IMG/VR virus record: IMGVR_UViG_3300032240_001991
Location: 262,659 to 326,658 of that record
Length of the DNA: 64,000 nucleotides
Direction: 5' to 3' (one strand)
Shown here: positions 30,765 to 39,038 of the stretch, piece after piece
How the letters are laid out: every line of letters starts with the position of its first letter
How positions within the stretch are numbered: position 1 is the first letter of the stretch
The notes under the pieces: model-generated
What the model was told of the DNA's origin: nothing
What the model saw: only the letters and a program-made list of their open reading frames with translations
The model's database searches: none
Translations under genes and position numbers: made by a program

Positions 30765-31175
30765 CTAAAGGTTGACGGGCCAGTTATAATACCGTTGTGG
30801 AAAAAGCGGGGAGTAACCGCACACGTAACACGTTGAGCCGCTTTGCTGCATGCAAAGATAGGATTGGCGTAGGATGAATGCTGTCATTCGTAAAACACTG
30901 CTCTAAAACACCTTGGGGATCAGGAACGAGCCCAGGGCATTATACATATATAATGTGTCGCAGTAGGTAAGGAAAAGTGCAGAGTCCTTAGAGCTACAGT
31001 GTATAAACACCTACTTCCACGTCTTGGCTAGTGAAACTCACATGAAAACCGTCCAAGAATAGACAGGAACCAGTAAAAAGGTTCCGTCTGACCAGCTCAA
31101 TCTACATGAATATCTTAAAAAGAAAACTGCTTCGAGCTGATAAGCGAAGAAGCAGGTGAGCGTTAGCTCACCTTT
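30765..31175 (+). ncRNA. Candidate large structured non-coding RNA, family unassigned
   Basis: No credible ORF, GC-richer than the flanks, and at least 10 complementary stems visible by eye. The strand is inferred from the flanking transcription. Confidence 0.6.
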
Positions 31176-31176
31176 C
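31154..31176 (+). terminator. Hairpin, probable terminator or 3' end of the ncRNA
   Basis: AGGTGAGC-GTTA-GCTCACCT perfect 8-bp stem followed by a short T run. Confidence 0.5.
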
Positions 31177-31178
31177 AG

Positions 31179-31186
31179 TATAAATA
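31179..31186 (+). promoter_or_regulatory. T4-type late promoter TATAAATA
   Basis: Exact T4 late consensus, 26 nt upstream of ATG 31213. Confidence 0.75.
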
Positions 31187-31212
31187 AAACATACTATTAG
31201 GATTTTATAGTC

Positions 31213-32073
31213 ATGCGTATTACCCAATTGCTTAATGAAGAAGAATTAGATGAAATAGGAATGAAAAGTATTGGCTCAGCTGCTGCTAAATTAGGCAGAG
31301 GTGCAGCCCTTGGAGTTGGAGCAGTAGCAGGTGGACTAAGAGGCATGGCTACCGCAGCTAAACAAGGGTATGATGTTGGCAAAGCTGCAACTGGACAAGG
31401 ACGATTACCAGCAGCAGGAACAACATGGGGATTTGGGAATCAATACGTAGGACCAGCAGGCGCACAGGCACCAAGCGGAGGTGGAGCTGCACAGCCAGCA
31501 GGTGGCCAAGCACCTAATTTACAAGATCAAATTAAAGATAAACAAAAGCAGAGAGACGCAATTGATCAAGAAATTCAACAGTTAAGATCTCAAATGTCTG
31601 CTGCTCCGCAAGGACCTTCGGGCACTACAGGTACCACTGGACCATCAAGTACTACAAATGCGCCAACCGGACCATCAAGTACTCCTAATGCACCAAATAC
31701 ACCGCCAGCACCTAATGCGCCAAATACACCGCCAGCACCTAATGCACCAAATGCTCCAAAACCACCAAAGACTCCAAAACCTAAAGCACCGCCAGCACCT
31801 AATGCGCCAAATACACCGCCAGCACCTAATGCACCAAATGCTCCAAAACCACCAAAGACTCCAAAACCTAAAGCACCGCCAGCACCTAATGCGCCAAATA
31901 CACCACCGGCACCAAAACCACCAAAGACTCCAAAGACTCCGCAGCCTAATCTCAATGTACAGCCTGGCGGAAAGAATGCGCCACTGGCACCAAATGCGCC
32001 AAAGACTCCGGGAACCTCTACAGCTGAGAGCTTTGATCGTTTATTAGATTTGGTTAAGAAATTACAACGTTAA
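31213..32073 (+). CDS. Low-complexity Pro/Ala-rich protein, possible internal head protein
   Basis: N-terminus MRITQLLNEEELDE resembles a capsid-targeting/cleavage leader; contains PPAPNAPN/PKPPKTP repeats and follows a late promoter. Confidence 0.65.
   Translation: MRITQLLNEEELDEIGMKSIGSAAAKLGRGAALGVGAVAGGLRGMATAAKQGYDVGKAATGQGRLPAAGTTWGFGNQYVGPAGAQAPSGGGAAQPAGGQAPNLQDQIKDKQKQRDAIDQEIQQLRSQMSAAPQGPSGTTGTTGPSSTTNAPTGPSSTPNAPNTPPAPNAPNTPPAPNAPNAPKPPKTPKPKAPPAPNAPNTPPAPNAPNAPKPPKTPKPKAPPAPNAPNTPPAPKPPKTPKTPQPNLNVQPGGKNAPLAPNAPKTPGTSTAESFDRLLDLVKKLQR
31702..31910 (+). repeat. 87-bp tandem repeat (2 full copies plus a partial third), with nested 27-bp subrepeats
   Basis: Units start at 31702, 31789 and 31876 and encode PPAPNAPNTPPAPNAPNAPKPPKTPKPKA. 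Confidence 0.9.
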
Positions 32074-32306
32074 AAGTATGGTAATCCGGACTTATTAGTT
32101 GTTTCAAGATTTTCTTCAATGATCTTGGAGATTATTTCTCTGCTTTCGTAATCAAGCTGAAAGGCTTCATCAAAAGTCAAAGATCCTCGCATATGCCAGC
32201 ACATTCTAAACAGTGCTTTCTTTAAATCTTTGCTTTCGTTTTCTAGGCCCTTAACGAGGTCTTCAATTTCAGGTATGGTTAGAGTTAAGAGCCTTGCCCG
32301 AAAAAA
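32070..32306 (-). CDS. Unannotated gp51-like ORF, probably expressed by -1 frameshift from the gp26-like gene
   Basis: Hand translation: FFRARLLTLTIPEIEDLVKGLENESKDLKKALFRMCWHMRGSLTFDEAFQLDYESREIISKIIEENLETTNKSGLPYF*. There is no ATG/GTG/TTG until MCWH, and the frame opens just before the T TTT TTC site. Confidence 0.75.
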   Translation of the reverse strand, partial: FFRARLLTLTIPEIEDLVKGLENESKDLKKALFRMCWHMRGSLTFDEAFQLDYESREIISKIIEENLETTNKSGLPYF

Positions 32307-33172
32307 TCTGAATTATCAAAGCTAATTGGCAACTCATAAGTTTCAGGAGCACCTAACGCAATAAGGTCAGGGGTAGATTTTATCAATAACGGTTTTAGAT
32401 CGTTAGTCTTCTTAAGTTCTGTGATACGTTCTTGTACTTTCTGAAATACATCTTTATCAGCATTTTGAACAAACTCTTTAATAAACTCAGAATCTTCTAC
32501 TACTGTTTCAGGTGTCTGTACAGCATAAATGCTGTCTGCAACTAGTTCTACAGTGATATCAGTCATTTTATTAAAGCTTTGATTAAAGATTTCTAGTTTA
32601 CGTTCGTCACTTAATGCTTCATCGTTAACAGCCTGCATTAATCTTTGTGTTTCAAAAGTTTTTAAACTGGTTAAAGATAGATGTCTGTAAGTTAGTGGCC
32701 TAATAAAACAAGACAGCTGATCATTAATTACAACTTTTTCGTCCCAACGTGTATTATTTGATAGCTGATCTAAAATTAGTCTTAAGTCAACAATATGTGT
32801 TACTTGTTCTGTTGTATTAGGAACAGTATGTGTAACATCCATTTTTTCGCCGTAAGTAGCAATTCTAATAGCAGCTAAGATAGAGTCAAGATCAATGTTA
32901 GGTGTTTTCCATGCATCTTTAATTGCAGGAATGCAGCTCTGAATTACGTCAACAACTGCTTGACCATTGAGTAAAGCGTCTGGGGTTTTAAATGCTAATT
33001 CGTCTTTAGCAGTCATAGAGTAAACAGCCAATTCACCGTTGGCTGGCCATTCAATACTACCTTTTTCCCAATAGGCTCCATTACTTGGCAAGCGAACATA
33101 AATCTTAGCCTGCCTCATAAAACTAGTTAACGGGTTTGGTTTCTTAAATGTTGACTGCTGAAAATTACTCAC
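32285..33172 (-). CDS. gp26: Baseplate hub/tail assembly chaperone, T4 gp26-like
   Basis: NPLTSFMRQAKIYVRLPSNG...VYSMTAKDELAFKTPDALLNGQAVVDVIQSC...IDLDSILAAIRIATYGE. Likely start GTG 33172, 6 nt after a GGAG SD. Confidence 0.75.
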   Translation of the reverse strand: MSNFQQSTFKKPNPLTSFMRQAKIYVRLPSNGAYWEKGSIEWPANGELAVYSMTAKDELAFKTPDALLNGQAVVDVIQSCIPAIKDAWKTPNIDLDSILAAIRIATYGEKMDVTHTVPNTTEQVTHIVDLRLILDQLSNNTRWDEKVVINDQLSCFIRPLTYRHLSLTSLKTFETQRLMQAVNDEALSDERKLEIFNQSFNKMTDITVELVADSIYAVQTPETVVEDSEFIKEFVQNADKDVFQKVQERITELKKTNDLKPLLIKSTPDLIALGAPETYELPISFDNSDFFGQGS

Positions 33173-33182
33173 ATGTAACTCC

Positions 33183-33226
33183 AATAAATATGGTTAATAA
33201 ATACTATTACTAACTTGGGTATTTAT
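33183..33226. promoter_or_regulatory. Face-to-face late promoter boxes
   Basis: AATAAATA 33183-33190 (+), ATAAATA 33197-33203 (+) and ATAAATA 33220-33226 (-). Confidence 0.6.
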
Positions 33227-33254
33227 CTAGGTATAAAATGGCGAAAATTATAAT

Positions 33255-35897
33255 ATGAACGGCGCATCTGAGGCATTATTAGAAGAAATTTTAAGAGCTA
33301 ATCAAGCCCAGGCGGCAGCCCTTAACAGACTAGCCAGTGGAGGTGGCGGAAGTGGAGGTGGCGGAGGAGCCGCAGCAGCTAACAAAGGCCTTCAAAGTTT
33401 AGGCGAAAGCTCCTTATCAGCAGTAGCGTCTTTGAATCCTCTACGTGCAGGACTAAGTGCAGTAGCACTTGGAGTAAATGCAGCCAGTAAAGCTATAGGT
33501 GTTATGGCCGGAGCTACGGTTGGCGTTACATCAATATTAATTGAGTTTGGTAAAGCAGCAGCTAACGGTAAAGCCAGCATTTCTCAAGTTACAGGTGTAT
33601 TAAGTGGATTACCGGGTCCATTTGGAATGATTGCAAGGGCAGCAACATTTGCTGCTCAGGTATTAGATACTAATGTTGCTACTCAACAAAAACTAGCAGC
33701 ATCAGGAGCAAGTTTTGGCGGCAGTCTAACCCAGATGAGAGACGCTGCTGCAAGAAGTTATCTAAGCTTAGATGAATTTGCAGGAGTGGTTGCTAAAAAT
33801 GGCGATGTATTCCGCACTATGGGCGGTGATGTTCAAAGCGGTGTAAATCAATTTACTGCAATACAAGGCAAGTTAATGAGAGGTGAATATGCTAATAATC
33901 TAGCAACACTAGGTTATAGTATGAAAGACGCCGCAGATTTGACTGCTAGCTACATGCGTGCCCAGGGTAGCATGAATAAACAAGGGTTACAAGATACTAA
34001 TAAAGTTGCAGCAGGTGTTGCCCAGTATGCTCAAGAACTAAGCATGTTAAGTAGATTAACAGGTGAAAGTAGAGAAGCTCTGCAAAAGAAACTAGACGAA
34101 GAAAATCAAGAAGCACAATGGCAAGCTATGCTAGCTACTATGAGTCCTGAAAAAGCAGAGAAAATGAGACAAGGCATGCAGTTAGCCATGGCACAGGGAG
34201 GTAAAGGTGCAGTAGATGCCTTTAAGTCTATGGCTATGGGTTTGCCTCCAATGACTGAAGGTGCTAGATTGTATACTGCTACGCAGCAAGCTGGTGTAAA
34301 AACACTAGAAAAATATAATCAAAATGCAAATAATGCATCTCTTAGTACAGCACAAGCTGCGGCATTAAACAGAAAAGCATTAGCTGAACAGATAGCAACT
34401 GGTGCAAAAGATCAACAGAAGCTGCAAACAGTGTTAAGAGCTAGTGCGATGTCAGGCGGAGAATTAGCAAAGGTATTTGCTGACACCACTAAACTACAGA
34501 CTTCATTTATGAAAGACGGTAAAATGATGTCAGAGAAGGAAATTGAAGCTCAACTAGCTAAAATGGAAGCTGATTCAAAAAAATCAGACAGCGAAGCGTC
34601 CAATGCACAAGATATGCAAAAAGCTACAATGGATTTAACTAATACCATTCTTGCTAAAATGATGCCGGCATTTAACTTCCTTTTAAACATTACTATGAAG
34701 ACAGCAATGTTCCTTGGTACGTTATTTGATCCTATTATGAGTTTTGGAACTGACTTACTTAATAAAGTAATCATGCCTGCCTTTACAGAAATATTTGGAG
34801 CAATAGATCCCTCTGAAATAATGAAACCGTTTAAAGATTTTTTCAAAGGTCTAGTAGGCGGAGGAGGAATTGACTTCAAGGCCATTAAAGATACGCTAGT
34901 TACTATTCTTAAACCTATTGTTGCGTTCGGAAAAGAGTTGATGTCGGCGATTAACTTTGAAGCAATTGGAAATTCGTTTCGAACTGTGTTTAGTAGTATC
35001 GGTAGATTGTTTACTTCTCTTTCAAATGTATTTTCAAAAGTATTTGGTAGCACAGGAGGAGGAGAAGGATTTGCTACTAAGTTAGGTAATGCGGTTACAA
35101 CATTTTTTACAACACTAGGTGACATTGTTGGTGGAATAATTGACATTGTTACTTGGATTGTTGATAGTCCAGTTGGTACCTTTTTAATGACGACATTAAA
35201 AGCTGTGTTTGGATTTTTTATAGAAAGAATAGAGCAACTAGTTTCGTTTATTAGTGGTGTAGTTGATATAGTAAAAGGTATTGTTAAGTTTGTTAGCGGA
35301 GACTTTACAGGTGCATGGGAGAATATTAAAGGCGGATTAGGAAAAATAGTTACTTCTATTAAGAACTTTTTTGTCTCACTTGGTAAATTAATTTCAACAG
35401 TTTTTTCTGGTGGTTGGGAATTAATTAAAGGAGCCTTTATGGGTATACTAACATCCTTTATTGACGGCGTTAAGTCTATTGGAAAAGGAATTTGGAATTG
35501 GGTTACTGGTAAAAAAGAAGAAACGAAACCACCTGCTCCAACACCTGCTCCTGCTCCAACACCTGCCAAAGCTGCTCCTGCTAGAGCGGTTACTGCTCAA
35601 CCAACTCCACCTGCTACCACACCCCCTGCTACGCCAGCGGATCAAAAAGCTAAGGAAGATAGACAGGCTCAGGCACAGCAGCAAGCTGCTACTACAGCAG
35701 CAAAAGAGCAAGCAAAAGAACAAAAACAAGCCCAGGAGTCAAAACCAAAGACTCCGGATGAAATTATGCAAACTGAGTTAGGTACGTTAAATAAGAATAT
35801 GGCTGCGTTACTTACATACGCTAGAGATACTCTAGGAGCTACAAGAGATAACGTTAGTGCAATTAAAGCATTGAATAGAAATCTTTACCCGAGTTAA
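33255..35897 (+). CDS. Tape-measure-like protein (gp29-like position)
   Basis: 880 aa, Ala/Gly-rich and helical, with aromatic-spaced amphipathic repeats (FKDFFKGL, FSKVFG, WENIKGG); adjacent to the gp26/gp51-like chaperone. Confidence 0.7.
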   Translation: MNGASEALLEEILRANQAQAAALNRLASGGGGSGGGGGAAAANKGLQSLGESSLSAVASLNPLRAGLSAVALGVNAASKAIGVMAGATVGVTSILIEFGKAAANGKASISQVTGVLSGLPGPFGMIARAATFAAQVLDTNVATQQKLAASGASFGGSLTQMRDAAARSYLSLDEFAGVVAKNGDVFRTMGGDVQSGVNQFTAIQGKLMRGEYANNLATLGYSMKDAADLTASYMRAQGSMNKQGLQDTNKVAAGVAQYAQELSMLSRLTGESREALQKKLDEENQEAQWQAMLATMSPEKAEKMRQGMQLAMAQGGKGAVDAFKSMAMGLPPMTEGARLYTATQQAGVKTLEKYNQNANNASLSTAQAAALNRKALAEQIATGAKDQQKLQTVLRASAMSGGELAKVFADTTKLQTSFMKDGKMMSEKEIEAQLAKMEADSKKSDSEASNAQDMQKATMDLTNTILAKMMPAFNFLLNITMKTAMFLGTLFDPIMSFGTDLLNKVIMPAFTEIFGAIDPSEIMKPFKDFFKGLVGGGGIDFKAIKDTLVTILKPIVAFGKELMSAINFEAIGNSFRTVFSSIGRLFTSLSNVFSKVFGSTGGGEGFATKLGNAVTTFFTTLGDIVGGIIDIVTWIVDSPVGTFLMTTLKAVFGFFIERIEQLVSFISGVVDIVKGIVKFVSGDFTGAWENIKGGLGKIVTSIKNFFVSLGKLISTVFSGGWELIKGAFMGILTSFIDGVKSIGKGIWNWVTGKKEETKPPAPTPAPAPTPAKAAPARAVTAQPTPPATTPPATPADQKAKEDRQAQAQQQAATTAAKEQAKEQKQAQESKPKTPDEIMQTELGTLNKNMAALLTYARDTLGATRDNVSAIKALNRNLYPS

Positions 35898-35903
35898 TAA
35901 CAT

Positions 35904-37634
35904 ATGAGCTGGAAACGTCATTTTACCCCCGTTACATCAGGATCAATGAGTCCACTGAGTACTTCTGGTCGAACAAATCCTACCAGAACAAACTACTCGT
36001 CGTACTTGCCTGATGTTTATAGCGGACATCCTAACCGTTTAGAACGATATGCGCAGTACGATACTATGGACATGGATCCTGAAGTTAATGCTGCCTTTGA
36101 TATTCTTGCAGAATTTTGCACACAAACTAACGAAGAAAACGGAACACCGTTTCAGGTCTTTTTTAAAGAACAAGCAACTGCAACTGAAGTTAAAATTATC
36201 AAAAAGTACATGCAGCAATGGACCAAATTAAACAAGTTTGGTAATAGAATTTTTAAAATTATTCGCAACACATTTAAGTACGGTGACTGTTTCTTTATCC
36301 GTGATCCTGAAACACAATCTTGGTTTTATATTGATCCAAGTAAGGTTGACAAAATTATTGTTAACGAAAGTGAAGGCAAAGCGCCAGAGCAATATGTTAT
36401 ACGTGACATGAATGTTAATTTTCAAAACTTAACAGTTACGCAAATTAATCCAAGTAATCAAAATACTACTCCTGGCGGTACAACATATGTTACAGGTGGA
36501 GTACATCAGCGAGGTATGGTAGGTGCATATCCGCAGAGTTCTAGCAGCAGATTTACAATCAATCAGAACCAATGGGCTATTGATGCAAAACATGTTATTC
36601 ATCTAAGCCTAAGCGAAGGATTAGATAATAACTTTCCGTTTGGCAACAGCTTAATGGAAACAATTTTTAAAGTTTATAAACAGAAAGAATTACTTGAAGA
36701 TGCTATCATTATCTATCGTGTACAACGTGCACCTGAGCGTCGTGTATTTTATATTGACGTAGGTAACATGCCTAGTCATCTAGCAATGAGCTTTGTTGAG
36801 CGTGTTAAGAATGAAGTAAATCAACGTCGTATTCCTAGTGTTACCGGCGGTGGCCAAAGTGTTATTGATTCGGGATACAATCCGTTAAGCATTAACGAAG
36901 ATTACTTCTTTCCACAAACTAGCGAAGGACGAGGTAGCAAAGTAGAAATATTACCGGGTGGCACTAACTTAGGTGAGATTAGCGACTTGTTATTCTTTAC
37001 ACAAAAGTTAATGCGTGCGTTGCGTATTCCTAGCAGCTACTTACCAACAGGTGTAGATGATAGCCAAGCAGTGTTTAGTGACGGTAAAGTTGGTACAGCG
37101 TATATTCAAGAATTAAGATTTAACAACTATTGCGAACGTCTACAAAGCTTATTAAATGATCAATTTGATAGTGAATTTAAGTTATATCTTTATAGCAAGG
37201 GTATTAACATAGATCCTAATTTATTTGATGTTAGATTTAATCCACCTCAAAACTTTGCTTCTCATAGACAAGCAGAAATGGATTCTGCACGAGTTTCAAC
37301 ATATAGTGCTGTTGCTGAAATACCGTATCTCAGCAAAAGATTTGCATTAAAGCGTTTCTTAGGATTAACAGCAGAAGAGATTGCAGAAAATGAATCATTA
37401 TGGCGAGAAGAAAACGTTGATAGTGACAGTGCAGGTAGCTCAAGTGCTCAATCAGATATGAGAACTATGGGCATAACTTCAGCCGGATTAGGCGCAGATG
37501 CAAATACATTAGGTCAGGCAGACTTAGGATCAGAAGAAATGCAAGGAGCCGGAGCTGTACCAGGTGCGCCTCCACCAGCTGCACCCGGTAGCGCGCCTGC
37601 AGCACCTGGGGGCAGTGCTCCTACTCCGGTATAA
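35904..37634 (+). CDS. gp20: Portal vertex protein
   Basis: LEDAIIIYRVQRAPERRVFYIDVGNMP...EDYFFPQ...GRGSKVEILPGGTNLGEISD...ALRIPSSYL. Confidence 0.95.
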   Translation: MSWKRHFTPVTSGSMSPLSTSGRTNPTRTNYSSYLPDVYSGHPNRLERYAQYDTMDMDPEVNAAFDILAEFCTQTNEENGTPFQVFFKEQATATEVKIIKKYMQQWTKLNKFGNRIFKIIRNTFKYGDCFFIRDPETQSWFYIDPSKVDKIIVNESEGKAPEQYVIRDMNVNFQNLTVTQINPSNQNTTPGGTTYVTGGVHQRGMVGAYPQSSSSRFTINQNQWAIDAKHVIHLSLSEGLDNNFPFGNSLMETIFKVYKQKELLEDAIIIYRVQRAPERRVFYIDVGNMPSHLAMSFVERVKNEVNQRRIPSVTGGGQSVIDSGYNPLSINEDYFFPQTSEGRGSKVEILPGGTNLGEISDLLFFTQKLMRALRIPSSYLPTGVDDSQAVFSDGKVGTAYIQELRFNNYCERLQSLLNDQFDSEFKLYLYSKGINIDPNLFDVRFNPPQNFASHRQAEMDSARVSTYSAVAEIPYLSKRFALKRFLGLTAEEIAENESLWREENVDSDSAGSSSAQSDMRTMGITSAGLGADANTLGQADLGSEEMQGAGAVPGAPPPAAPGSAPAAPGGSAPTPV

Positions 37635-37650
37635 TTGAATAAATAACTTT

Positions 37651-37902
37651 ATGTTACTAAACGAATTCATTTATTTTAACGACAACGAACGGGAGATGCC
37701 TGATAAAAATCGTTATGATCCCAAGCATGACACTGGTGTTATTAAAATGAGTGATCTGCGTAAAAGCAGACTAACGCTGCGTATGCTCAATGACCTACGA
37801 AAATCAAGTGAAGCTCACGAAAGAGAAAAGAAAGAAGATCTAGAGTTAGTTAGACAGATGTATGCAGCACCAAAACCTGAAGTTGGACCTGGGCTAATTT
37901 AA
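37651..37902 (+). CDS. Small head-associated hypothetical protein
   Basis: Lies between portal and core genes; N-terminus MLLNEF; directly preceded by a late box. Confidence 0.6.
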   Translation: MLLNEFIYFNDNEREMPDKNRYDPKHDTGVIKMSDLRKSRLTLRMLNDLRKSSEAHEREKKEDLELVRQMYAAPKPEVGPGLI

Positions 37903-38033
37903 GGTTTTTGAAAAATTATCTAATCTAAGGCCAAAACGGCTCGTTTTTGGCCTATTTCGCATAAGTATTCCACAATGGTTGTAAATAATAGTACAGCCTT
38001 GCCAAGTTTTAAAAAAAATAAGGAGAACCCGCA

Positions 38034-39029
38034 ATGTCTAACAAGTTTGAAAAACTACTAGACTATTTGGTAAACGAAGAAATGGAAAAAGCTAATGAAC
38101 TTTTCCACGAAATCGTTGTAGAAAAGTCTAGAACAATTTACGAAACTCTAATTGCTGAAGAAGCAGAAGATGAAGAAATGGATGAATCTAAAATGTGCTC
38201 ATCTTGCCACAAGGCACCATGTGAGTGCGATGAATCTGTAGAAGAAGATTCAGAAGAAGAAGATGAATCCGTAGAAGAAGGAGTTTACGACGAAGAAGAA
38301 AGCATGATGGAAATTGGAGGAGATTCTTCCGATGACTTCGTTGACAGCGTTGTTGATCGCGGTGCTATGGATTCCGACGGTGCTATGGATGCTGGCCAAC
38401 GTATGGGTGGCGGCATGGACGGCATGGATTCTGATGACGAAGAACCAGCTACAAAAGACGACATTCAGCGAGTTGAAGATGCTCTAGAGCAACTAACTGC
38501 AGAATTTGAAGCTCTATTAGCTGATAAAACTGAAGATGACTCAGAATTTGACGACGAAGATGACATGGACATGGACATGGACTTTGACAGCGAAGACGAC
38601 GGCGAAGAAGACAGCGAAGAAGACGATGAAGAAGACGCTGACGAATTTGACGACGAGGAAGATGCTGACGAATCATTTGTTCGTGAATATCGCGAAGTTG
38701 TTGCAAAAGGCACCTATGACAAGTTTGGAAAGAACTCAGAAGACAGTGTTAACGCTAAGAGTGCAGTAAATGCTAACCCAAGCGATCGTCCAGTAACCAA
38801 AGCAAATGCTAAAAACATTGCTCAGAGTAATGGCGGCGAAGGCAAAATGGACGGCACAAAGACCAATATGGGCGCAAATGCTAAGAGTCTAGCAGGTAGT
38901 GTTAAAGGCAAGTTTACCGACGGCAGCACATTAAATGTTGACGGTAAGCAGACTAAGGGCTACGACAAGAGCACTAAGAAGCCATCAAAGGAATCAAACG
39001 TTAATACTAAAGACGTTCTTCCTAAGTAA
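38034..39029 (+). CDS. Acidic prohead core protein (gp67/gp68-like position)
   Basis: Extremely Asp/Glu-rich; lies between portal and prohead protease; AAGGAG SD and GTAAATA box at 37981. Confidence 0.65.
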   Translation: MSNKFEKLLDYLVNEEMEKANELFHEIVVEKSRTIYETLIAEEAEDEEMDESKMCSSCHKAPCECDESVEEDSEEEDESVEEGVYDEEESMMEIGGDSSDDFVDSVVDRGAMDSDGAMDAGQRMGGGMDGMDSDDEEPATKDDIQRVEDALEQLTAEFEALLADKTEDDSEFDDEDDMDMDMDFDSEDDGEEDSEEDDEEDADEFDDEEDADESFVREYREVVAKGTYDKFGKNSEDSVNAKSAVNANPSDRPVTKANAKNIAQSNGGEGKMDGTKTNMGANAKSLAGSVKGKFTDGSTLNVDGKQTKGYDKSTKKPSKESNVNTKDVLPK

Positions 39030-39038
39030 GGAACAGGG

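Noticed and set aside
30772-30790. TTGACG...TATAAT resembling a sigma70 promoter at the start of the ncRNA region
   Set aside because: The spacer is only 7 nt (16-18 needed), and the bases fit better into an RNA stem.
30743-31200. Group I intron, RNase P, tmRNA or tRNA identity for the structured region
   Set aside because: No interrupted gene flanks it. I could not find P7-type intron motifs, the RNase P GAGGAAAGUCC/P4 pair, a tmRNA tag frame or a tRNA cloverleaf. A covariance-model search is still needed.
31702-31910. Regularly spaced repeats suggesting a CRISPR array
   Set aside because: The repeats are contiguous, in-frame coding units with no unique spacers, and no cas genes are present.
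32070-32073. Shared TTAA stop overlap of convergent genes as a regulatory element
   Set aside because: Common in compact AT-rich genomes, and no terminator or other signal is present.
34550-35569. 339-aa antisense ORF, and similar ones at 31590-31955, 25260-25673 and 55995-56465
   Set aside because: Shadow ORFs caused by codon bias or repeats of the real gene on the opposite strand; no SD or promoter and implausible composition.
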